From contig OZ360241.1 in assembly GCA_977017645.1 (NCBI GenBank), positions 52,018,001 to 52,082,000 on the forward strand: a DNA stretch of 64,000 nt, given 5' to 3'. The notes beneath the pieces were generated by a model. That model saw only the letters and a list, made by a program, of their open reading frames with translations. It did no database searches and was not told the DNA's origin. This document shows, one piece after another, positions 50,100-61,500 of this stretch. Made by a program: the position numbers and the translations under genes. Positions within the stretch are counted from its first letter, which is position 1. Each line of letters starts with the position of its first letter. This stretch comes from Torpedo marmorata. Taxonomy: Eukaryota.

Positions 50100-50801
50100 G
50101 ACAAGAGATCTATTAAAACAGACCGGGATGCGAGAGGGTGCTGAAGGCTTCCTCATTGTGTCAGAGGTGTGGTTGCTGATTCGGGTTGCTGATGGTTTGG
50201 ACTGAAGGATGTGTGGATGCAGAGGGTGCGTGAGCGCTGGAGGTGAAGCCATGGACATTCAGTGACTCTGGGGTACTCTCTTTTGGTTCTCTTGCTCTGG
50301 CTCTAAGGGGTGCTGGGCAATTTTTGCTGATAGCGAATCTTTGTCTGCTTTACAGTAGACCAGTGGTTTTCAAACTTTTTCTTTCCACTCACATACCACC
50401 TTAAGTAATCCCTATGCCATAGGTGCTCTGTGATTAGGAAGAGATTACCGTACTTAAGGTGGTATGTGAGTGGAAATAAAAAGTTTGAAAACCACTGTTT
50501 TAATCGTACCTAATTGACTCGTTATGTGCACGGTTTCATAACTCCAAAGGAAATGGGCCAGATAATTTTTCTCAAGCAAAATTGCGTCTAAAGCAGTGGT
50601 TCTCAACCTTTTTTTCCCACTCACATACCACCTTAAGTAATCCCTTACTAATCATAGAGCACCTATGGCATAGGGATTACTTAAGGTGGTATGTGAGTGG
50701 AAAGAAAAAGTTTGAAAACCACTGCAGTAGACTAAAGGAAATTTTGTGTCATATCACATTTTCCGTTTTATTACATAACAATAAAAGAATCTTGAATCTT
50801 C
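50100..50801 (+). mobile_element. Diverged relative of the GC-rich non-autonomous element, interrupted by the composite MITE
   Basis: TGACTCTGGGGTACTCTCTTTTGGTTCTCTT..GGCAATTT..GCGAATCT matches 14090-14200; tail ACAATAAAAGAATCTTGAATCTT. Confidence 0.7.
50361..50724. mobile_element. Composite hAT MITE: two inverted MITE units (50361-50497, 50594-50724) plus a 96 bp spacer
   Basis: Perfect 8 bp TSD CAGTAGAC at 50353-50360 and 50725-50732 flanks the whole unit. Confidence 0.85.
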
Positions 50802-50819
50802 AAATAAAATTCTGAGGAG

Positions 50820-51210
50820 CCTTGAGAGTAGATGCTGGAAGTACATTTCTCCTCTTGGGAGAATCTAGAGCTAAGAGACATAATTTCTGAATAAAGAGTC
50901 ATTGATTTAAGATGGAGATGAGGCTGTAAATCTTTCAAATTCTCTATCTTACAAAGCTTTGGAGGCTATTAAGTATATTCAAGGCTTATATAGATTTTTG
51001 GACTACAAGGGAATCGAAGGTTATGGGAATCAGTTTGGAAAGTGGATCTGAAGCCAAATTCAGATCAGTCATAAAGGGTTTCAGCTCAATGCGTTGGCCA
51101 TTCCTTTGCTTCCACTGATGCTGCTTGACCTACTGAGTTCCTCCAGCTGATTGTCTTTGGCTTCAGATCAGTCAGAATCTTATTGAAGTGAAGCAGGCTC
51201 AAGGGGTAAT
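50820..51210 (+). mobile_element. CR1 3' fragment containing a 90 bp Penelope pLTR stub (51072-51161)
   Basis: CR1 3' sequence; TTCAGATCAGTCA duplicated at 51059-51071 and 51162-51174. Confidence 0.7.
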
Positions 51211-51540
51211 ACAGGCACAAAACCTATGATATACAGTATGTTAGATAACTTATCCTCTCCAAAACCCATTAAAACTAATGGAGCAAATTTTCATTGCATC
51301 AGCCATTAATAAACTCACACACATTTTCTGTGGACAGTAGGGAATATGTACAGTTCTGCTGAGAGTCTTGCACTTACCTATAAACACCAAGCCAAGTCCT
51401 GAACTCTCTGAACTATTTTAAGAGGTGCTGATGCCAAATGGTGAGTTTGCTGGAAACCAGAAACACTATTGGCTTAAACCAAGTCTTGCTACGATAGAAA
51501 ACCCATTGTTATTTTGTGCATACATTGTTTTAAGTGAGGG

Positions 51541-51632
51541 CAAATACACAAGCGAGCTGGAGAAACTCAGCAGGTCATGCAGCATCCATAGGAAGTAAAG
51601 GGTAACCAACGTTTTGGGCCTGGGCTCTTTGT
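51541..51632 (-). mobile_element. Degenerate Penelope pLTR
   Basis: GCTGGAGAAACTCAGCAGGTCATGCAGCATCCATAGG...AACGTTTTGGGCCTGGGCTCTT. Confidence 0.65.
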
Positions 51633-53371
51633 AATGTGATGTTTGTCATTTCCCGTTTGGAACTTCATCCATTGAAGGCACCAAACCTATGATATATCTT
51701 AGATATCTTATCCTCTCCAAAATCCATTAAAACTAATGGAGCCAAATTTCAGGCATAGAGTACAACAATCATCCACTATTACATGTGCATTTGCATTGTG
51801 GATTGGATATGATGGTACAGTCCATTTTTAATCCAGGTTACCACAGGCAGAGCGGGATTTAATTAGCCATGTCCTTTGAGGCATCTCACCCACATCCCAT
51901 TTGGATAATGTATAGTGCTGTCTCTGTCCTTTGAGGCTGGTAATACCTTGCTGTTGGCTTTTAGATCATTTTTTTGTGTTAGTCAATGGTTTCAGTCCAC
52001 ACTTTATTCCATTCATTGTCATGATTGAAATTAATAAAGCAAGTGTAGCAGGGATGATAGATAACTGCTTTCTTGTAGCCAACTTGTTAAGTGAAATATC
52101 ATGACTAATGTTGTCAAATTGACAACCAAACAACAAGGAGATACTTTTGAAGCTGAACCACTCATGGAGCTTGGAAGCTAAGATTTAATTCAAAGCTTAA
52201 TTCATAATTGTAAATTATTTAATAACATTTGACACAATTGCACCGCTTGTTATGATTGGTTATTTTGATCTTAACAAAATGATAAGACAACTTGCTTGGA
52301 AAATCTTTATAAGCGCCATATATCAACTAAATATAAAAAATGAGTTATTTACTTTCCCAGTGTGAGTAAAACTTCCTGGTCTAGGCAGGGGCAGAATAGA
52401 TTGTTCCTTACTGAGAATTATGTAATTGATTTACTGTAAGTGCATTTATACAAAGAAATCAGTGCCAAATGAATACAGGAATAGGATTTCAGATAAGTTT
52501 AGTTAGGCATTGCAACAGAAAACAGTGATGTAATATTGGTTTGTCCGATGTTTTCTGATAGATTTGTGGTGTCGTTGTGTGAGCTCTTCAACTTGTGGCG
52601 AAAAATGTTCCATTTCAAAATGGATTGATAAGGAAATTTCAATCTTCTCCAACAACTTTAGTTACCATATTGTCGTAAATTGAAGTAGTGACTGTTTTCA
52701 ACACAACACCATAATTTAAAGACAGGGCACATTCTGATCCTGCTATGTCAGGAAACTAAATTTAATATATCCAGCCATTTTGGAGCAATTATTATTTGAA
52801 ATAGCTGCTGGGTTGTTATAAAGCCGATGTATTTTGTGGAGGCCAACTTCCAACCACTTCTACCTGGTCTAAGACTCGATGCTCAGGGGAAACCTTTCTA
52901 GAAAATATCAATGACTGCATTTATGTCACATTATTCGTGATCTCGGGATATCCCAAAGTGCTTTGCAGCCAATTAAATATATTTTTTTGAAGTATAGTCT
53001 GCGTTGTTTTGTAGAAACTAGCTAGGGAGGAGTAATAAATTCTGCCTTGTCAGTGTTTCACATATCCCAAGTATTAGAAGTACAAATTAGAGCAAAACTT
53101 GGATAGTAATGCAGCGTGAGGACTGTTGGCAAGTCCTCTAGTGGGACATGTGGAGGGGGTCAGATTTTGAAAAATAAACCTGGAGCAGTTTATAGTAGTC
53201 ACCTTGAAAATGAAGTCTTGAAATCCTTCCCACGTGTCATTTTTTAAAAAAAACAATACACTGCAAAGTAACTGATAGTGCTCTCTTTCTATTTTGGATT
53301 GTTTTTCTCTGGCTGTTTGATGGCTGCTACACAATGACAGCACTTGAAACTAAATATTATTCTCCATGTAC

Positions 53372-53945
53372 TTGTCTACATCGGAGAGACTGGGTACAGA
53401 CTAGGAGCTCACTTTGTTGAGCACCTCGGCTCTGTCCGCCGCAACAGCGTGGATCTCCCAGTGGCCACCCATTTCAATTCCCTACCCCATTCCCTTGCTG
53501 ACATGTCTGTTCATGGTCTCATGCACTGCCAGACTGAGACCGCCCGTAAATTAGAGGAACAACACTTCATCTTCCGTCTGGGCACCCTCCAAAGGGATGA
53601 CATTAACATCGACTTCTCTGGTTTCTGTTAAACCCCCCTTCTTCTTCCCCCTCTGGCCTTTCCCCCAGCTCTGTCTGTCTCTCTCTCTCTCTCTCTCTTC
53701 CCTCTCTCTCCTTTCACAGACCCAAAATCAATTCTCACCTCTCCTCTTATCATATCCAATTAAAACCTTTTGTTGGTCTGTTCTCCTCCCCTGGCCAGTC
53801 TTCTGTCTCTTTATTCTTATGTCTTCCTGTTCTCTGCTTATTCCTTGAAGAAGGGCTCAGGACCAAAACACCGGTAATATATCTTTACCTCCTATGGACG
53901 CTGTGAGACCTGCTGAGTTCCTCCAGCATTTCTGTGTGTTTTTGC
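53372..53945 (+). mobile_element. Penelope-like element (family B), GIY-YIG endonuclease part + pLTR
   Basis: VYIGETGYRLGAHFVEHLGSVRR...RKLEEQHFIFRLGTLQRDDINIDFSGF; pLTR TTGAAGAAGGGCTCAGGACC. Confidence 0.88.
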
Positions 53946-54349
53946 TCCATGTACTTCACCTTGTCTTAAGGATCCCACATTTATTTGGCACCTTCCTGAC
54001 CTTAGGATTTCCAGATGAGTACTTTGGTGATGTATTGTAAGGAATTAATTTCAACAAATAGAGATGCCAATAACATATTATTAATGATGAGATTTTGCAC
54101 ACAAATTGAAATCGGACATGACAGCATCGACATAAATTTATGCTTAACAATTAACAATTCTGTTATGGTCACTGCAAATACGGATATATATAATCATTAT
54201 TTGGCCAGCAGAATATAATGAACAGTTGTTATGTTACTTACATTCATTACTTTCCCACAAAACAAAAATAGTTACAGTGAATCAGAGGAAATTAAATTTG
54301 CTGGCATTTGGTGGGGCACATGCATAATAATGTAACATGAATGTGGGGT

Positions 54350-54625
54350 GATTATGGGGGAATTGGTAATTCGAGTGCCCAGGTATGCAGAAGGCTGCAG
54401 AAGGCAGCAAACGTAGCCAAGTCCGTCATAGGCTTTGACCTCCCATCCATTGAAGACATTGTCATGAAGTGCTGCCTCAAGAAAGCAGACAATGTCATAA
54501 AGGACCCTGGTCACAACCTCTTCTCACTGCTACCTTTGGGAAGAAGGTAAAGAAGTCTGAAGTCCAGTACCTCTGGGTTCAAGAACAATTTTTATCCAAT
54601 TGCTATCAGGCCCTTGAACCTTCTC
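54350..54625 (+). mobile_element. Old Rex1/Babar fragment
   Basis: RRLQKAANVAKSVIGFDLPSIEDI...IKDPGHNLFSLLPLGRR. Confidence 0.72.
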
Positions 54626-55581
54626 TAATCATAAGCTACTCTGGGACTACCAAAAAGTCCTGCCTGTTCCATTGAAGCAACATCCCCTTAACAAACTCCA
54701 AACTTCTTCTGTGCTGTCATCATGCTGCAAGTCTCTACCCAATAGACAGTGAAGTTCCCTCACTGCACAGGCTGCGATTGTTCAAAGAGGCAGCTCACCA
54801 GCAAGGGCAATTAGGAAAGAGTAATAAATGTTGGCCTTATCATGTATACTCACATCCCATAAATGAATATATCAAAAAAAAAGATAAGATGATTCCAAAG
54901 CAGCAGATGATTGAACATTGCTGTGCTAATCCTATATTGGGATGTAATTTAAACATTCCTCTGTGCATGCTATTGATGCACTGATAAAAATGAGAGAACA
55001 CTCATATAATGGTACATTTAATTACAATAAAATGTATGTTACTCCACTTTCATTGACCATTCTATATTTATGAGACCTGGGAATAAATTAGTAATACCAT
55101 AAATGGTAATTATGATGTAATAGATGAAATGCCAAAAATGCTTCTATCCAAGGTCCATATTAGGAAAGTATTAATCCACTTAAAGTTCCATTAATGCAGC
55201 ATTTTCAATTTCCTGCTATCAGAGATTACTTAACTGTTCACCTCTTAACCATTCTCTGTACTATTTCAGTAGTTATACTGTGCTTGGCGTGAACTCCCAT
55301 TGATCTGCTAGGGAACCACTGCACTTTAGAACTGAAACAAAAGAGGATGATGGAAGGCTGAAATAAAAACAGAAATGGCAGGAAATTCAGAAGGAGGTAC
55401 AGGAGCATTAAAATCAGGACTGCTAGGCTGGGAAGTAGCTTCTTTCCTCAAGCTGAGGTTCAAGAACAGTATCCTGTATCTGAGTAAAGGTAAAGATAAA
55501 GGTTCCATTATTGTCACGTAATACTACATTTAGAATGTAACAAATCATGCCAAAATATTAGTGTATATTTATTTTAAATTA

Positions 55582-56353
55582 CAGTAAAACCCCAGTATCC
55601 GGAATTCAAGCCTTCGGCAGCCTCAAGCAACCGGCAAAAATATTGAGGAAAATAAATTTCTTTCTTTTTTAAATCTCTTTATTAATTCCATAAAATCATG
55701 GATATAACAGTTCATTCACTATATACGTTTACAGAAAAAGGGAAATAAATTTTAAAAATTAAAATAAATAAGAAGTAAAAATATGTATTGTAAAAGTAAA
55801 TGTTCTCTGAAGTAACACATAAACCTTTGGTGAAGATGGGAGCAAATATTCAGCCAGCGGAGTGCCTTGGTCGTATTTTGCTCATAGCAGCTGTTGGAAT
55901 AAAGTTGTGCGAAACAGCAATGGCGTCGGCCAGGATGAAGAGCTGGTTGATGCCGCTCACCGTTGAGGTGACTCTCTTAAAGTATCTCCTTATCCCTGCT
56001 TAGTAAGAGTCGGCCTGGTCAGAGGCTTTACCTATAAACTTGGTGGGGGAAGGTTAATTACCTATAATGTTATTGTTCGTCTTTCGGGTGGTTTCGTGGA
56101 GGGGGAGGAACCTGGAGATGCTGTGATGGTTAAATTTTTTCAAAGAATGTGACTGAAAATAGAGTAAAATGCCTTAAGGTTTATATATTCATGCAAGTGA
56201 AGTTTGTTCAGTTGTAAGTACAGTATAGTATTTTTGTCTTTTAAACTTTATTCTTAATGCAGGTGTTGTCAGAGTAAGTCTCAAGAAACCGAAAAATACA
56301 CTTATCCGGCATCTACCAATCCCCATAGGTGCCGGATACCAGGGGTTTTATTG
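55582..56353. mobile_element. Tc1/mariner-pogo (Tigger-like) non-autonomous element with a nested ~85 bp poly-A retro-stub (~55660-55745, minus)
   Basis: TA-CAGTAAAACCCC..GTATCCGG / CCGGATACCAGGGGTTTTATTG-TA; inner stub flanked by repeated AAATAAATTT. Confidence 0.78.
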
Positions 56354-56989
56354 TATTTCTTTATGTATATGTGTGATTATCATGTACTGTGTATTGTGAG
56401 TGTAAGTGTGTGCTCCATGGTCTGCAGAAATACTGTTTTATCGAGTTGTACAGTCAAAATGATAATAAACTAGAAATTGAATTTGAAGAGAAAGAAAGAC
56501 TGTTTTAAATTAAGGACATTTATATTCTCCCCCCCTCCCCTCCCTTTAATGTCATAACATCTCCTCAGGGGATTCCAAGCACCAATTAACAAACAACATT
56601 TGATACTAAACTAAATAAGAATATATTTTACATCATCTACAGAATGCAAGACCTTAAGATGGTGTAGTCATTGCCTAAATTATTTCAACAGCACTTCCCT
56701 AACCTACCACTTGCCATGACGGTAGCAAATCATATATTGTGGAATCTCCTCTCCATGTCCTACACCTCCGGTATGGGATTAAAAGATGTAATTCCTTTAT
56801 CATGGCTGGGTGTAAATTTATGGAATTCCATAGCCAAAACAACGCCAGAATGAAGCAGTTCAAAAAGATGACAACACCATATTTTCAAGGGAATATATTA
56901 GTAATGGTGTTAAATGCTGTCCTTGTAAGTGACACTCTCAACACGCTCATGTTTTTTTAAAAATCAGGATAGGACAGCACGAGTTTGTT

Positions 56990-57300
56990 CAAAGGAAGTG
57001 AGTGTTTTGGGAGAAGTGGGGGCAGAGGTTCAGGAAGGCAGTTCCTGGTCTTAGAACCTTGGCAGAGCGTCTGGTGTTTGCCACCAGAATTAATGGAGCA
57101 CAGACATCTTGAAAGGTTATGGTGGTGGGGAAGAACAGAGGGGAGGTAGGAGGGTGAAGACCACGGAGGTGTTTGAAAATAAGCATGCGATTTTTTTTTT
57201 TTAGACGAAGGCACGTCCAGACTGGGAGTCAATTTAGATCTCTATGCACAGGAGTGCGAGGTGAACTACAGGAAGCAGGTGCAAGGTGAGAAGCTAGCAG
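56990..57300 (-). mobile_element. Old L2-like LINE fragment
   Basis: LIFKHLRGLHPP-like remnant on the minus strand. Confidence 0.45.
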
Positions 57301-58019
57301 GATAAGCATTGGAGTAATCGACAGCCGAACCTTTACGCTTACTTTTGCTTTGAGCTGCGCAATAACTACAATTGTTTGATTGTGTACCAGAGAGAGGGAT
57401 AATTTACTGCAAATTAAAAGTACAGTACAAGGTTGCCTTTATTTCAAATAAAACACTTTCCCACCACAATCGCAGTTTTTAAAATGCCCGGAAATAACTG
57501 ATTTAAGACACATCCAAATCTTTTGTCCCTTTTTCGACATTCTTCATACTATTCAGCATTTCATGTGAGGAAAGTCGTCCTATGTTTGATTTCCCCCACT
57601 GTCGCTGAGTGCTGTTGAAAATGCATAAGTACTTTCCCCTTGGAGAGGCGCTGCTTCGGAAGCATGCAGCAAGATAATTCCCCTGTAAGGATTCGTGCAC
57701 AATTATCCTGACCCAAAAAAAAGCTGAAAACACAATTCCATGGATACCTCTGAGGAAGCGGGAAGGTGAGCGGTTTCAAGTCAACATAAAGTCCAGAGTA
57801 TTTAAATGCAAAACACTAATTTGTTTCAAGTGCTCGGAATAGCTTTGAAAAAAAAAACTAACACGCTTACAGCTTTAGGATACCAATAGTTTAAAAAAAA
57901 AAGTATCTGCGATTTCTATTAATTGACGCTCCAGGATAAACACAATTGCCTGCAAAACGTTACAACATTGAAGATAATGTAACAACTGGCAGCTCGAGCG
58001 CTTTTATTGATACCATTGA

Positions 58020-58406
58020 ACCAGCTCCCATTGTGACATCATCGGCCAAGTCCTTCTCCCATTGGCAGGCCACTTCCTCCCTCGCTGTCGCTCAATGGAG
58101 CGGCCCGGCCCTGGCTGGGCTGGGTCCTGCCTCCTTCGAATTTTGATTGGCTAAGGTTGCCGGGCCCTGGCGGCAAGCGGTCGGCGACTGGCTGAGTATG
58201 CCTTCATTCATAAGTTCCCACCTCGCTGGACCCGCACCGCCCCCTCTCGTCAGCAGGGTAGGTTGCGCAAGTGTAGTAGGGGTTGGATTCACTCTTAAAA
58301 AAAAAGCTGCTCCTGTTGAAAGTTGTGGTTCAGGCACCGTATGGAGGCGGCGGCTCGAGGCTTTGATTTGCAAGAGTTGTGTGTGTGAGCTCGGCGGACG
58401 GCGACG
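58020..58406 (+). promoter_or_regulatory. CpG-rich promoter / 5' UTR of the ephrin-A gene
   Basis: High GC/CpG, inverted CCAAT boxes (ATTGG at 58061 and 58146), GC box (CCGCCC ~58237), directly upstream of the ATG. Confidence 0.7.
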
Positions 58407-58525
58407 ATGAACGTGGAGGTGGCTGTGCTGCTCTTCCTGGCCCTTTGCGTTTGTGTTTGGACGGAAGATTCTGGGAAAGTAGTTGCTGACCGCTACGCCG
58501 TGTACTGGAATAGCACCAATCCCAG
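58407..58525 (+). CDS. EFNA2: Ephrin-A family ligand, first coding exon (signal peptide + start of ephrin domain); EFNA2-like, EFNA5 not excluded
   Basis: MNVEVAVLLFLALCVCVWTEDSGKVVADRYAVYWNSTNP(R) followed by donor AG|GTAAC in phase 2; DRYAVYWN.SNPR is the ephrin-A signature and the intron position matches vertebrate EFNA genes. Family call is firm; the paralog symbol is tentative (~0.55). Confidence 0.9.
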
Positions 58526-61500
58526 GTAACGCAATTTGCACATCAGAGGAGTGGAAGGGGCAACGTTTGTATTCCGGTGTGCATGCTTGAGGAAGAACGG
58601 CACCATCCATTCCTCTGGATCCTTGCACACTGATTCACAGATCAATTAAGCACCGTTTCTTACTGAACTGCAATTCTACACTCCCTCTTTCATTCCCTCT
58701 TCCCAAATGTTTCAGAGCTAATTGTCTTTATTTATGCAAAGCCCTTGCAATGATAAATTGCTCTGTGCTTTAAATAATATACGTACTTCTTGATCCACGC
58801 TCGCGCAGTTTTGTTGACCTGTTCATTTCCGATGTCTGAAACTGATGTGGAGCAAGTCTTGCTCAAGATCTGAGCCTTCTCGTGTACAAAGGCACGCTCA
58901 AAACTTAGGGATCGCTCTCGTCTCACCTAAGAAACGCGGGCAGCGAGTCCCCACTGCATAGTGATTGCATTGTATCCTCACTTTATTTGTCATCGTTAGA
59001 TTAAAGTGAAAAAGCAGTCATTTAGAGGTGTACGGTCACGGAATAAAACCAGTTCGCTGGAAGCGTAGCATTTTTTTAAGGCTAATTTGCAAAAGGACTG
59101 CATTCAAGATCCCTGTACAAGGGCGAAATTTTACTCCCGATCCAATTTGGAGATTCTTCTGCACGTTCTTAGGGTAGTAAATCACTGCGCTGCCTTTAGG
59201 TTTGTAACTTCATCCTTCGGGGCTGGGAGGGATGAGTGGTTGTTGTGGGGGAGCAGTAACGCATTCACTTTGGAGCGGAGGACCGGCTGTTTGTTTCGTT
59301 TAAACTTTTGTTACTAAGTGCGCTTCTCTTCATCCTTATTTGAAACATCCCCCATCCCATTGGTCGGCATTCCTGCTTTCATGGGGGGGGGGGGGGGTTG
59401 GGTTGTTAGAGATGACAAGCTTCAGGAACACGCGTTCCCGGGAGCTTCTGCCGGGGTCGACTAGTTTGTGTGATCTGATCACCCGTTCTCCCTGAGCCTC
59501 TCCGACCTCACGCACCCCCCCAGATGAGCGAGATAAATGGTTTGGAGGGCGAATTTCCTTGTATTAGGTTTTTCTGCGAGGGTTTAGTCCTCTCTTGCAC
59601 TGATCGCCGCTTGCATCTGTGCAACGAGAATGAACCACCGCGTGCCTGCTCTCCCTTTCGACGAGATTGCTTTATTTGTTAGCTTAACCTGTAAATGTTG
59701 CTGTGAAGAATTCATTTCAACCAACACGCCCTTGCAGCTTAGTGTATATTGTAGAAAGATATTTTTTTGCAAATATAGAGATAAGGGTGAATAAACAGTA
59801 TGTGCAGTCTCTCTGATGGAGTTCGTTTTTTCCCCTTGTGCGAGAGCGTGGTAGATCTCAACGATGAGTGAGTGCAGTGTTAAACAATCTTTACCTAGGT
59901 CCTGTCGATAAATACGGGCGCTGGGATTTATAAGCTCAGGAATCAAGCCTGTTGCTTAGATTTCAGTGTGTTCTTAACACAATAACTAAAAGGACACCCG
60001 CAAAGAAAGATCATTTCTTTCTAAAAACATTTCTTGCAATTCAAATACACAGGCGCACAAAGGGCCGTTCTCGGTTCCACATTCGACTTCACTCTTGGCA
60101 CAAAAGAAAATAACCCAAAGGGTCAGTTGCATCTTGCTCAGTTCATTGCAAACTCTGATTTTGTGCCCAAGGCAGTCAGCCATAAAAATTAGTTTTAGAC
60201 TCCAGGCGAAATGGGTTGGAACGCAGAAAAGGCGGCGGTGGCTGCTGCCTGCCAAGCATTTAAATGCACCGTAATAGCAGAACTTCCGTGTGAATTCCAG
60301 GCTTCAAGGGGAGAAACAGGCATTCCTGATGCTCGTGTACTCTCTGTCTGTGCCTCCATGTCTGTCACCTTAGTGTCTATGTAGCGGCAAGGTGAAAGCT
60401 CGGAGTGAAGCCAATCTCACCTGGGTCGTGTTAAGTCTGAGGGGTATTGCTAACTTTTGTGTGTGTGTGTGTGCTTCCTTTGAGATTGTCAGTCTTTCCC
60501 GTACGCTGCTACAGCTATTCCGATCTCCTTCACATCCTTTTTTTTTAAAGTAAGGGAAGAGAAATCTAACATTTAAATCTTACTACAGTGTCGAAATACT
60601 AGATTCTGATTAGGAGTGTTGTTTAGCGGAACTGTTGTGTATTTAGGTAATGAATGGGTCGACCTCTTGTAAGTCAAAGCCAACGGGTTTAAAAATCGGG
60701 TCTGCCCGGGCAGCGTAGAAGTGGGTTATATCTGATCATTCAACAAGTCCGGGCTCGATTTACTGGCCATCGGTTGAACTTATCCTGAAAGGAGGAAATA
60801 TGCTCATCAACATCTGTGCTTCTCTGACCTTGCCCCGCAAGAGGAGTTAACCCTTTGTCGAATCCATTCGGCAACATGTTTTCACGTTTAATGTAGCTTA
60901 TTAGTCAGAATATTTTCTTTTGAGTAAATATATTCAAACTTTTGCAATGAAAGATGAGTAAAAGTCAAGTAAAACGGACGCCAAGGCATTGGGTTAATAG
61001 AAGGAAACGTTTCAATTATTTTTCACAATTCTGTGTTGCTCAGTATTAAATATCAACTAATACTGCATTGCTTTCACTCTTTGTAAGTGTCCTTTGCCTG
61101 ATGTGTCTCTCCATTCTGATTTATCCAACCTCTGTGCTCCTGATGCTGCAATTTTAAAAAACTCAATAAATATGTTACTAATTTATGTTAATACCAAATT
61201 ACAAATACGTCTCACTAATAATAGCCGGGCAGTCAGTAAATGGTAGAACTCTCAGTGTTACACGGACTAATTTGAATTTACAATGCAAATTACTGAACTA
61301 GATACAGCGTGGTGATACACATCATTATAATAAATTGTTCCTATAAAATTGATAGCCTTGCTCACAGACAGTGTTAATGGGAGTTTTTAATGAAGTTGCC
61401 TGTACGTGGTTAATTTATACATGAATCCCTTAACAACAGGTTCGTTGACATAAAGCAGAGTTTGATGTTTTAGTTGTCCGAGGCTCTCCACTTCTACTGA

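Noticed and set aside
50361-50724. Repeat-spacer-repeat pattern resembling a CRISPR array or miRNA hairpins
   Set aside because: Eukaryotic context; repeats are inverted TIRs with an 8 bp TSD, i.e. MITEs.
58092-58628. 178 aa minus-strand ORF and 87 aa plus-strand ORF over the ephrin promoter
   Set aside because: By-products of GC-rich sequence; the real coding frame is the ephrin exon.
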